Source: Eledone cirrhosa
Taxonomy: Eukaryota
Length of the DNA: 64,000 bases
Assembly: GCA_964016885.1 (NCBI GenBank)
Contig: OZ024742.1
Coordinates: forward strand, 301,010,001-301,074,000
Direction: 5' to 3'
Shown: one piece after another, positions 1 through 13,000 of the stretch
Layout: each line of letters begins with the position of its first letter
Position numbering within the stretch: the stretch's first letter is position 1
Notes under the pieces: generated by a model
The model's database searches: none
What the model was told of the DNA's origin: nothing
The model's input: the letters and a program-made list of their open reading frames with translations, nothing else
Position numbers and translations under genes: made by a program

Positions 1-965
1 TGTTAATGTTGTTGCTGTTGCTGTTAATGTTATTGCAGTTGTTGTTACTGTTATTGCTATTAATGTTGCTGTTGAAGACACTGCAGTTGTTGCTTATGAT
101 TGCTATGGTGGTGGTTGTGATCATTATTGTTGTTACTGGTGACATGAGAATGTTGATACAAGAAGTGTACAACATCAAATACACACAAAAGTAATTTGTT
201 ATAGCAACATTAATAACAACATTCATGACACAAGCACCATACCAAACAAAGGATGGAGAGGATTCTTCAATTGTATCAAAGACATGACAACCTCTCTGTG
301 CTGATGCCACGATAAAATGCACACAGTATATTCTGTAAAGTAGTTGGTTATTGAAATCTAGTTGGAGTGCGATGTTCTCAAAGTGTAGTAGCCAAAGTGA
401 GAATAGATTAGAAAGCTTGTACCGCCATTGAGAAATGAGGAGGGGGAGCTTCTCTCTTGGCATGAGGAGTGGGTAGTTTAATGCCTACATGCTGCAAATG
501 CTGATGCTGCATGGCAGTGAGTCACAGACCCTGACTGCAAGAGGACGTGGGAGAGCTGGAGAGAAGTGGAATGAGTGTGCTTTCCAGTTAAGTCAATGCA
601 AAAACCATGCAAAAAAAGGGTTGACACAATAAACTCTCTAGAACTGGCACCATGAAAAATACATCCAGTAGATCCTGTAAGGTGGTTGGTGATAGGAAAG
701 GCATCTAGCTGAAGAAACCATGCCAAAAAAAGGGTCGAGAGAACTCTACAGTTGTGTCAAAGACATGACAACTTCCCTAATGCTGGTACCACCATAAAAT
801 GCCCTCAGTTTATTCTAGAATGCAGGAATGTATGTACACTAAATGTGAACACTGATCTGTCTGAGAGGTCAGAGGTTGAGATTAAGTATTGACTTGGTGT
901 GTGATGATCCACTGAACCTTTGCTAGCAGGAAGAAGAGACATCATCAGCAACTGCCACTAATTAC

Positions 966-1079
966 CTCTGTGTTGAGCTGTAGCAGCATGTGAGCGCTGT
1001 TGTATTTCTCGGGGTTGTCATGGAATTCCACCATCCCGTCTTTCTGGTTGATAGTGGCAAATATTTCACCATCTTCGAT
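966..1079 (-). CDS. COPS3: COPS3 exon 13 ([38 protein letters not shown])
   Basis: ttccag acceptor, gtaatt donor, 114 nt. Confidence 0.95.
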
Positions 1080-4000
1080 CTGGAAAGAAAACATTATAAA
1101 GATAAAGTGATAGAGTAAGAGAAAAAGATAGACAATAATTGACAGCATCAGGACAGACACCATTCCACAGGAGACATGTCAGATGAATACATGGCTCACA
1201 TCTCACTACCATGCAGCATGACAGTTTAAACCCAAGCATCATAGAATCTGCTTTTCACTCTGAGAGAGAAGCCTTTTGTTTTCAACAGAGGTAACAGCTC
1301 CCTGAACTTCTTCTACCCCATTCTCATTCTAGCTACAACAGTTTCAGCACAGGTCCCTCCAATGCCTATGAGGTCACCTGGATAGCAAAAGCTATCTACT
1401 ACTTCTAGTGAGCCTTCTGGTCATTTGAGAGAGTTTATTTCACAAGTATCCCGACTGTTGACTATTCCTGTGCACCTGTCGCATACAAAGCCTATCTTCT
1501 CTATCAGCCTACCTGTGATCCAACTATATCTGTGTAGTCATTATACACAATGGATACACTGCATGGAATTTTGACCTATTTTTTTTCTCCAATACTCAGT
1601 ATCATGCTGCTGTCAACTTTGATGATTGGTCCCTTAGATAAGTCCGCTTGGGACAGACCATCACTATCATACATTCTGCTCATTCAAAAAAAAATTCTCA
1701 TAGTAACATTTCCTTGCAGTTTTCTTTTTAGCATCAAAAAATGTAAGCCACAGTCATTCTGCACACATTTCTCCCCAACAATATCTCAGTTCTCCCTACT
1801 ATACTGTCTTGTAATCCAGAATACCTCATGCCCCTGATCCTAGGGCTGTAAAAACTTGACAAACCCCCTACATTTTGTCTCCTATCTTCTATATATGAAT
1901 TTGAGTAACTTCAGTCCGTCACACACTAGAGATGACTGAGGAAGGAAGGGGTGATGATACCATGCACTAGAGATAATTGAAGAAGGGGTGATGACGTCAC
2001 ACACTAGAGGTGACTGAGGAAGGAAGGGGTGATGACAAACTACAGAAAGCAGCGTCTAACATTCACAACACTAGTGTGTACAATCTACATACAGACACGC
2101 ACACATATACACGTGTCAGCGTGTTGAAAAAATTCTAGTGCTAAATAAATCAGACTTCTAGCTATTTGGTACTATTCCCTGTTAAGTGTGAAAACAGAAC
2201 AACAATCTGAACAACAGATATTACTTACCATACGTAAAACATATTTTTCGGCTTCAGCTGGACCAGAAAGTTGTACTCGACCAGCCATATCTGCTAATGA
2301 TAATGTGAGGAACGTCTGTGGACAAGGTGAAAGAAGTGAGTAAATAATAATGGTTTCTGATTAAGCCACAAGGCCAACAATTTTGGGGAAGGAGAAAGTT
2401 GATCAAATCAACCCCAGCAAGATTTAAACTCAGAATGTAAAGAGCCACAACTACATGCCACAAAGCAATCTATTGACACTCTACCGATACTTAGGCCTGG
2501 AGAGGGATGGGCTCCGCCAGGCTTAGAATCCGCAAGAAATGCCATATGTCAATACAGCGCCCCTATAATTCTATCAGGTGTTACGGTACCACCGATACTT
2601 ATAGAACATGTACATGACGCTTGCTTTCTCCAATATAACACTATCTTTTTGTTGATTTCTTTTAATGTTAGGTTAGAGGAGATACTTTGACTGTCATAAA
2701 ACCTGCGCTAGTGCCAGTAACACAGTAAAATGCATCAAGCCCATGCTATAATAAGGTTTTAGACAGTGAGGACATTCAGCTGTAAAGTGGTTTATGATAG
2801 GGAAGGCATTCAGGTGTAAAAACAGGTTCACCTCAAGGTAGTTAGTAGCAATACCTATACTAAAGTGTAAAAACCATTAGTTTCACCCAAGGGAAGTTAT
2901 TAGCAATCCTCCATTCAGGTGTAAAAAAAAATCGTTCTAACAAATAAACCATCCAACAATGGAATAAAATGGAAAATNNNNNNNNNNNNNNNNNNNNNNN
3001 NNNNNNNNNNNNNNNNNNNNNNNNNNNNNNNNNNNNNNNNNNNNNNNNNNNNNNNNNNNNNNNNNNNNNNNNNNNNNNNNNNNNNNNNNNNNNNNNNNNN
3101 NNNNNNNNNNNNNNNNNNNNNNNNNNNNNNNNNNNNNNNNNNNNNNNNNNNNNNNNNNNNNNNNNNNNNNNNNNNNNTGGTGGTGATGATGGCACGTGGT
3201 GATGGTTGTTATGATGATAGGAACAGTGGCGTGTGATTAGCTTCAAGATAAGAAGAAAACAGTGTTGTTAATTATACATGAGATACCTGAATATATTTTT
3301 ACCTTAGCGAATACTTCAGAGTGTTTATTGACAATCATCCGCAGATCTGATGGGTTATTTGTTCCGTAGGACGTAGCAAGATCATAGTATGGTTGGCACA
3401 GTGGCTGTAATAGAGAACAACAGCATTTCACATCTACAATAACTCTAATCTGTGATGCAGTCATACATAAAGAGGTTTGTCTGTGTGTAGACTGGTAGAT
3501 AGTTACACCTATAGAGGTGTGTGTATGTAAACTGGTAGATAGTTACACCTATAGAGGTGTGTGTGTGTGTGTGTGTGTGCATAGCTGGGTAGAGTTATAC
3601 CTATAGAGGTGTGTGAGTGTGTGTGTGTGTGTTCTAGTAAGGAGTTATATAGTGGTTTTTGTCTGTCTGTGAGCAGTCCAGTACTAACTTTTACTTGTAC
3701 TTGTGTCAGTGTCCACCCAGTGTAGTTAGAACTAGCTCTAACCCATGGATCCACAGCATCATGTACAGAGGCCACACACACATAGATGTCTGACATCCAC
3801 CCAGGGATTTAGCTTGACCTAATCAGTGTTTCATCAGCATTGTTAACAGAAACCACTTACGAGGGTAGGCTGAAAAGTTCATAGGCTGATCAAGATACTT
3901 TCATGGAATAACCAAATGAGGTTAATTTTTCAACATAGTCCCTGGAATGCAGTTATTTTTCAAAATAGTCCCTGGAATGCAGTTAATAATAAGAGCTGAA

Positions 4001-7000
4001 ATTAATGCATGCAAGATTTTATAGCTCTAGCATCACTCCTTCATAGTCAACCTATGATCTTTTCAGCCAACCCTCATACATAGTGTTTGACCAAACCAAC
4101 AGCAGGCAGCAATATGTTTGACCAAACCGACAGAGAGCAGTGAGTGTAGTCTGGTAGATAGTTACACATATAGAAGTGTGTAGTCTGGTAGTAGTTATAT
4201 ATATAGAGAGAGAGAGAGAGATGTGTGTGTGTAATCTGGTAGATAGTTACACGAAGGGCATCCAGCCATAGAAAACCAGCCAGAAATACTCCTATATGAG
4301 CGAGACATGGTCACGCTACCCAACTTGCCTCTAAATGGGACAAACCCATCTAACCCATGCTAGAATGGAAGATAGACGTTAATTGATGATGATGATGGAT
4401 GGGTGTTTGTGTGTATTTTAGTATGTGGCCAGTCAACAGTGACATCTTCAACAATAAAAAGATTTACCTTAATAAGAAACATTAATAACACAAATAAAAT
4501 CACTTACCTTAATATATTTACCTACAACTTGAGATGTATATTTGGGAAGAGCTGGAATCTGGAAAAATTAAAATAATTAAAAGTTACAAAAATACATAAA
4601 AAATAATGATTTCCACAATTAACATAGCACCCTTCCCTAATTTTTCTTTGCTGTTTCACCTCTCTAAGACAATGTCACTGGATCGATATTTTTGGCACCA
4701 CGCAGTATTACAGAAGACCTGCCTTCCCTACGTGAAGAGTTAACCTACAGTCAGTAGGCCCCTCCAAACCAAACACACCTCAACCCACTACCACCAATAC
4801 CACCCTTTCTCTATAAAGTTATGTTGGTACCACAACATCCAATCCAAACTAATGAGTGTGTAGGTGTTACACTGTAATGTGGCTGTGTAGGTGTCACGCT
4901 GTAATATGGCTGTGTAGGTATGATAAAAAGTTCCCAGTCCACACTGTAAATGTGTTGGTGTTAGGAAGGGCATCCAGGCGTAGAAAACCTGCCAGATAGT
5001 CCTATACAAGCGAGAAACAGTTACCCGACCAATCTTGCCTCTAGTGGGACAACTCCCGTCTAACCCATGCTAGTGTTCTACACAACCTGTAGCATTTACA
5101 TTTTATTTACTATTGCATTTTCATGGTAAAAGCTTTATCGCAAATAATTATCTCACATAATATCGAATGTACAAGATTTTGATATTAATTATTTTGAGAA
5201 CAATACCTTAACATAAGTATGAGCAACCGGTTACAACCGATTTGAATAGAAAGAGGTGAGTATTCTGGCCGGATACACCAAGTTTAAATGCTAAAGGGTT
5301 AAATATGTTAATTCCTTTTCATACCATAGCACCATAGACTTACTTAGTAAACAAATGCACAAAAAAGCAACACAGTGTGACCCCTTCCTTTCTATGTAGT
5401 ATAATGTATCACATATATGACCGCTAGTCTTGCCCAAGAACACAATATCCCACCCGAACATAGACTTGAAACCACAATCTTAGGACAGTGAGTCAAACAA
5501 CCAAACCACTAGTGGAACAACACAAACATGGATGTTACGTTTACAACATAGTACAATAACACAACACACATTACCCCTACTACCTTGCTTGTCATGTAAC
5601 AACACAACACAATAGGACTCCTTCCATGTCATGTAATAACAACACACAACTCCTACTTTGCCATGTAACAACACAACACAACATAACTCCCACATTGCCA
5701 TGTAACAACATAACTTCCACATTGCCCTGTAACACAATAGGACTACTACCATGTCATGTAATAACACACAACTCCTACTTTGCCATGTAACAACATAACT
5801 TCCACATTGCCCTGTAACACACAATACAATTGGACTACTACCATGTCATGTAATAACACACAACAACTACTTTGCCATGTAACAACACAACACAACTCCT
5901 ACCATATCATGTAACAACACAACTACCTTACCATGTAACACAACACAACATAATACCTACCTTGCCATGTAATATAAGAGCCACTAGTATATATTTCTTA
6001 TAAGCTTCCATCATAATGTGGCTGACAGCCATGCTGGGAGTTGTAATTGCCTGAAAAACAAAAACAATAAATCATTTTACTTCATTCTACAGCCATTTTT
6101 AACACCAAATCATGGATGAAATGGTACTTTAAATTTTAGATATTTACATCTCACTCATATCTGCTCCCGCACTCTATAGAGTGTGCTGGGTTTATTTTAT
6201 TATAACACCAGCACTAGAGAGGTTGTGATGTCTTTGACACAACTGAAGGTTCTACATGATCCTATGTTTGGCAGGTTATCTACAGCTGAATGCCCTTCCT
6301 ATTACTAACCACTTTACAATGTAACCAAAGTTATAGATTAGTTTCATTGTTAATGTTTGTTGCTGTTATGGATCACACCTACACAGGTCTTACTAGCTTC
6401 CTATGTCATTGCATCTTATGTGAGGTTTCTTGGGGTTTTAATGATATAAACCCCCCATTCCTATCATGTCACCATTTCCCCAGTGATAGGTGGCAGGATT
6501 TGAACACAGAAAAAACAAAGATGCGACACATACAACTTTTTAAATATTAACAATTCTGCTAATCCAACACTTTGAATTTATTATTTATCTATCTACCTCA
6601 AAAGGATAAAAAGCAAAGTTGACCTTCGCATGATTTTAAACTCAGAACACAAGGAGCTAGAACAAATACTACAAATCATTTAACCATATTCACTGATCAT
6701 CATCATCATCATTTAACATCCATTTTCCACACTTGAATGGGTTAGATGGGTCATTGCGTTATGAGAGAAGTTGGGTCAAGAGACTGCGTTTTGCTCATAC
6801 AGACCTGTATTTTGACTTGGTTTCTATGGCTGGATATCAATTTTCCACCATCATTGGTGATGCAGTTTCATGGTGCAGAGGAATGAGATAAAAATATTAG
6901 CCTTGATAGAATGCTTGTTTATTTCATCTAACATTCTCAAGTAATCAGGTTCCTACCTAATATATATCTAGTGCCTAAATACACAATAAAACATGGTGTA

Positions 7001-10000
7001 ACAAGAGAGTGTATCTAACACAGTCATAGGTAAACTGCAACCTGTCAGCCACATGTGGCCGATTTGGCTTTCTGAATGATACGCCTAATTTCAAAATTGC
7101 CTTGAATTTTTAAGCAGTTGTCCATGTCTGATCTAATATGGTACAGAATAAATATTGCAAAAGGCTTTGTTAGAAAAGCACCATTTCTGTGGGGTTTTTT
7201 GTGAGGCTGGAGGTAATACTTTTATCCTTCACTGATACACACAGTGATAATATCATCACACACACACACACACCAGGTTTCAAAACAATTTCTGTCTATG
7301 AAATTCAACTGACAATGTTTCACCCTTTAGCATTTACATTACTCTATATTTACTATTGTATTTTTGTGGTAAAGGCTTTACCTTACATAATTATCTCCCA
7401 TAACATCGAATCTATGAGATTTTGATATTATTTATTTTGAGAACAATACCTTAACGTCGATATGAGCGGCCAATTATAATCGGTTTGAACAGAAAAAGAT
7501 GAAAGAATTCTGGCCGGATATGGCTGGTTTAAATGCTAAAGGGTTAAGTGAAAATCACTTACCACTTCAAAGAAATACAAAGCCCGGTCATAGTTCTTTA
7601 GAGCAGTGTAGATCATCCCACCATAGTAGTAATAGAGTAAAAAGTCTTTGGCATCATAGTGACCACCCTGCAGAAATAAAAAAAACAGAATACAACATTT
7701 ATGGAATCATTACCATATTCATTTCAACTTCTGTACTTTGGACACGGTGTGAGTTGGTGTAGTTTGGGGCTAAAGACCTGAATGTTTTAGGAATTACAAA
7801 AAATGCACTTTATAGATATAATTATGATGATAGATCTCACATCGGTTCCAAAATGGAGTATTCCTGATGTTCAATCATCAGAACCTACTCATTGTATCAT
7901 ATCTAAGTGGCTGAGTATTTCACAGACACTTGTATCCTTAATATACTCATAAGGCTGAATTAGTATGACTGTGTGTGACAAAGCAGGCCCATTGAATTAC
8001 AGGTAAAGTCCATCGACAGTTTCCCTCACAAGGCCCAACTCAAGCCAAATCTATAGTAGAAGACACTTATGCAAGGTCCCATGTAGGAAGACTTAACTTC
8101 AGGGTCTTCTAACACTTACACAAGGTCCCATGTAGGAGGACCTAACTTGGAGATCTGACACATATACAAGGTCTCATGTGGAAAAATTTAATCTGAGATC
8201 TGATTGTGAAACACAGTAACCATGTGACAAAGTCCATAAAAATAAAAACATTAAGCTTTCTCAACAAGATTCACTAATCTACAATGTTTTTCTTTTCTTA
8301 CTATTATCAGGAATAAAGTAAAATACTATGTGTATGGGTGCGTATGTGTACATGAATGTATTCTTGAAAAATTGGTCATGCTTTTCATGAGTTTGGCTGG
8401 GTTCTACAGGCCGGATGCACTTCCTATCACCAACACTTTACAGTGTGGACTGGGCACATTGTTCATGCCACCAGCACTAGAGAGGTTGTCTTACCAGACT
8501 TAAGAGTCCTCTCCTCCCTGTATCAGTTTTTTTTTGGAGTGTCTACTCGCCTGGATGGATGGCCTTCACTACGGCTTACGGAGCCCGTCTACCTCGTATA
8601 TGTTTGAAAGAGAAATGAAATAGAAATAAATAACCTGTGTATGTGGGTGGGTGTGTACATGGATAAATCCTGGAAGGCAATGTAAAATAACAGAAATGAA
8701 AAAATACTTACCTCATTACCAATGTCAACAAAGTCCACATTTAAAAATTGCAGGGCTGGCTGCAAGTTTTTGGATTGCAAACATAACTGCAAGAGAGAGA
8801 GAGAGAGAAGTGTGAAGAGTGACAATAGATGTACACAACTACAAGAGAGAAGTGTGAAAAGTGATAATAGATGCACATGTTAATACTCATTGTGAATATG
8901 TGTACTGACAAGAAGAGAGAACACACAGGTTTCATAACAGTCTTTTAGTTACCATCATCATTATCTATGTCGTGAACATCATCACTATTATCACTGTTAT
9001 CATCAGCTTTCCATTACCAACATCTGTATCATTATCATCATCAGTTTCGTCATCATAAATGACAACATTTAAAAATCCATTTTTTGAAATATCAATTTGG
9101 TGCCACCAACATTCAACAAATGGTTTCCATAACTGTCTAATCTTGACTCAATTTTAGCTTATAAATTGTCATTGTGTATTATTTTTAGAGTCTAGGTACT
9201 GTGGACTAAACAATAATCCAATACATTAACCCTTTAGCATTTGCATTATTCTATATATACTATTGTATTTTCAGTAAACACTATCTCACATAATATCAAA
9301 TCTATGAGATTTTGATGTTATTTATTTTGAGAACAATACCTTATCAGTATGAGCAACTGGTTACTGTCAGTTTGAACAGTAAGAGGTGACAGAATACTGG
9401 CCAGATATGGCTGGTTTAAATGCTAACTTCCCATTTTACTTTTAGTATGATATACAAAGAAATGTGCTAAGTTGTAATTCACGTACTCTAACCAGTGCTG
9501 TATTGTGACCCTGGTCAAAACACACAACTTCCAACTGTCCAATCTATATGGCACCCTGGTCAAAACACCCAACTTCCAACTGTCCAGTCTATCTACATAG
9601 ATGTATGTTATTTTCCACAGAATAGAATGGCTCAACAATGCTAGAAGTCACAACACTGAAATTAATAAGTATTTGTGACTGTTATTATTTAACCCCAAAT
9701 TAGCACTGTTTGAAAGAAAACCTATGGTCAAAAGTATTCTAGCCTTGACTATCCTGTATTTGTGTATATCTAGAACTACACTGTCCGGTGTATAACTTGT
9801 AGCGAATACATTCAAGAGAAAACTTAAATGTACCAACACTAACACTTTAGAGTGTGATACGTTACTGGTGTAGGTATTGATTTTAACTGCTCAAATAAAC
9901 CACATACACCAAAGTAATCATACATTCAAAGACAACTTATTAAGCTAACTTGTTAGATCAATAATGTCTTTCATCTTATTGAGACCAGGCTATATAAGAA

Positions 10001-13000
10001 AGTTTATTTTGTGTAACCTATCAAACTACCAGAAACATAGCTAAATCTCACTCTTAAATAGTCAACCCTCCAGAAACAGCTCTCTTCACTCCAGTGTGAG
10101 CACCACTGGAAACTACATACATACAACACAAGCAAATAAAAGTCAGCGAAGGAAACTCAACATCACAACCAACACAGTACACAGAATATGGTAAAATCTT
10201 CAACCAGACTGAGGCATTGTATATCCACCAGAGGGCACTGATTCAGAGCATGACAACCTGTATAGCTCATGCCAGTGGGGAAAATAGTGATAGTGTTGGT
10301 GCCACAAGTAAAACTCACACAGTGGCGCACCCAGTACATCTTGTAAGGTGGTTGGTATTAGGAAGGGGATCCAATAGTAGAAAACATACCAAATATGAAA
10401 TGTGTTGAATACAACCTAACTATCTGTAACACTAACTTCAAAAAACGAGACAATCACTTGATCACCTACAGATCAGAACATACCAGCCAGGTAGATTATA
10501 TCCTTACCAGAAGACGTGACAGAGTGTCTGTTGTAAACACTAAATCCCTCCCCCATGAAGAATGCACCTTCCAACATAGACCGATAATTAGCGACCTCAT
10601 AGTCAGGACGAGACGTACTAGACAGCAGAAGAGGACTATCCTCAGGAGAAAAATATGGAAGCTAAAGGATCCCACAGCCAGAAATAAATTTCAAAGCATA
10701 TTACTTGATGCTTTCGACAGTAAGGAAGAGCAATTAGAGTCGTACAAGGTAGAGGAACAGTGGGAATTCCTGAAAGCAAACCTGCTGATGGCGGCAGACG
10801 AAGTCTGTGGCTGGAGCAGGCCTGTAGGCAGGAGGGGAGTAACATGGTGGTGGAACAGTAAGGTGGAGGGATCAATCAAGGCCAAAAAGCAGGCTTGGAA
10901 AGCATGGCGGGATGGGGGAAGTAGAGAAGACTATCAAGTGGCCAGGAGGGAAGCTAGGAGACAAGTGTACTTCGCAAGAAGGGAAGCAGAGGAAAGAAAG
11001 TTCAAGCATGTTCTACAACGCGAGGACCAAAAACGTGGTGTTCAGGATTGCTAGGCAATGTGTCAAGGAAAACCGTGATATTGTCGGGGAGAAGTGTGTA
11101 CTTAACGATGATGGCGTACTTGCCATCACTGACACTGATAAGAAGGTAGCTTGGAAGTGTCACTACGAAAGGCTACTAAATGAGGAGAATAAATGGGAGA
11201 AAGACAGTCTCCCCCACATCGACCCAATAGAGGGACCAGCAGTGTTAGTCGAAGGTAGTATAATAAGTAAGGCAATCAAAGATATGAAGACGGGTAAGGC
11301 GGCTGGGCCTTCGGAAATAGTTGCTGAGATGCTGAAAGCCTCTGGTACGGTGGGACACACCATGGTCACCCGGATAGTAAACCAAGTCATACAGAATGGG
11401 GTTGTTCCGAAGGACTGGCATAGCAGCATCATCGTTAACTGTTACAAGGGTAAAGGAGACGCCCTAGATAGGAGTAACTATAGAGGCATTAAATTAATCG
11501 ACCAGGTCATGAAGGTCACGGAAAAAGTAATAGCGCAACTAATCAGAGAGAGAATTGATCTAGATGAAATGCAGTTCGGGTTTGTGTCAGGCAAAAGTAC
11601 CACAGACGCTCTTTTCATTGTACGACAACTACAGGAGAAGTACCTAGCTAAAAGTAAACCCCTATACTTAGCTTTTGTCGACTTGGAGAAAGCCTTCGAC
11701 AGAGTCCCCCGTTCCATTATCTGGTGGGCTCTTAGAAAACTAGGTGTTGACGAATGGCTTGTGAGAGCTATACAAGCCATGTATAAAGAAACAGTCAGCA
11801 AGGTTAGAATTAACAACGAATATAGTGAAGAGTTTAGCGTAAAAGTTGGTGTCCATAAGGGCTCTGTTCTTAGCCCCCTACTATTTATTATTGCCCTTCA
11901 GGCTATAACAGAGGAGTTCAAGACCGGCTGCCCATGGGAACTCCTATACGCAGATGATCTAACGCTCATAGCTGAATCAATGGCCGAGCTAGAGAAGAAA
12001 TTCCAAACATGGATGCACGGCCTAGAATCAAAAGGCCTTAAAATTAACCTGGCTAAGACTAAAGTTCTAGTTTGTAGGAAAGAAAATAAGGCGCCGGTCC
12101 CTTCCGGGAAATGGCCATGCTCAGTGTGTAGGAAAGGCGTAGGTAGAAACTCCATTTTATGTCCCAAATGCAAAGTATGGGTGCATAAAAGATGTAGTGG
12201 GATCACAGGTAAGCTAACTAAGAACACAGATTTTACATGTCGCCGGTGCTCTGGTGCAATAAGTAGCAAGTGCCCACAAAATACTAGCTCTTTCAATTGC
12301 GCAGAGGGTTCTATAGAAATAGTGGACAGCTTCCGTTACCTGGGTGACAAAATCAGCAGTGGGGGAGGGTGCTCTGAAAGTACAGTAGCTAGAGTCAAAA
12401 CTGGATGGAAAAAGTTCAGAGAGCTTATACCACTATTAGCCGCTAAAGGGTTCTCCCTAAAAATGAAAGGCAGGTTGTACGATGCCTGCATACGAACAGC
12501 AATGTTGCATGGCAGTGAGACCTGGGCATTGTGTGCAGATGATATATGCAGACTAGAGAGGAACGAAGCTTGCATGCTCCACTGGATGTGTAATAGTAAT
12601 ATACGTGAATGGCAAAGCATAAACGAACTAAGGAAAAATTAGAAATAAGAGGGATCAGATGTTGTTTACTCGAGAGAAGGCTACGTTGGTATGGTCACGT
12701 GATGCGCATGAAAGACGACAGCTGTATAACAAAGTGCAGGGCAATAAAGATAGATGGTAGCCACGGAGTAGGCAGACCCAGGAAAACCTGGGACGAGCTG
12801 ATAAATTCCGACCTCACACACTTACACCTCTCCAAGACAATGTCACTGGACCGAGACCTTTGGCGGTACTCAGTAACAGAGAAGACCCGCCTTACCTAAA
12901 TACAAAGTAAAACCTACTACAGTCAGTAGACATCTCTAACAAAATACACCCCCGTCCCACCACCCCCACCCCATCCACACCGCCCCTTTCAATGTAAAGT

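Noticed and set aside
6-194. Leu-rich ORF and similar low-complexity ORFs (e.g. 29400-29664, 41737-42244, 52741-53100, 54435-54725, 57207-57495)
   Set aside because: Translations of microsatellites and minisatellites
11163-12620. Antisense ORFs over the LINEs (also 21114-23929, 39029-41294, 60524-62906)
   Set aside because: Shadow ORFs of RT coding sequence with no independent motifs
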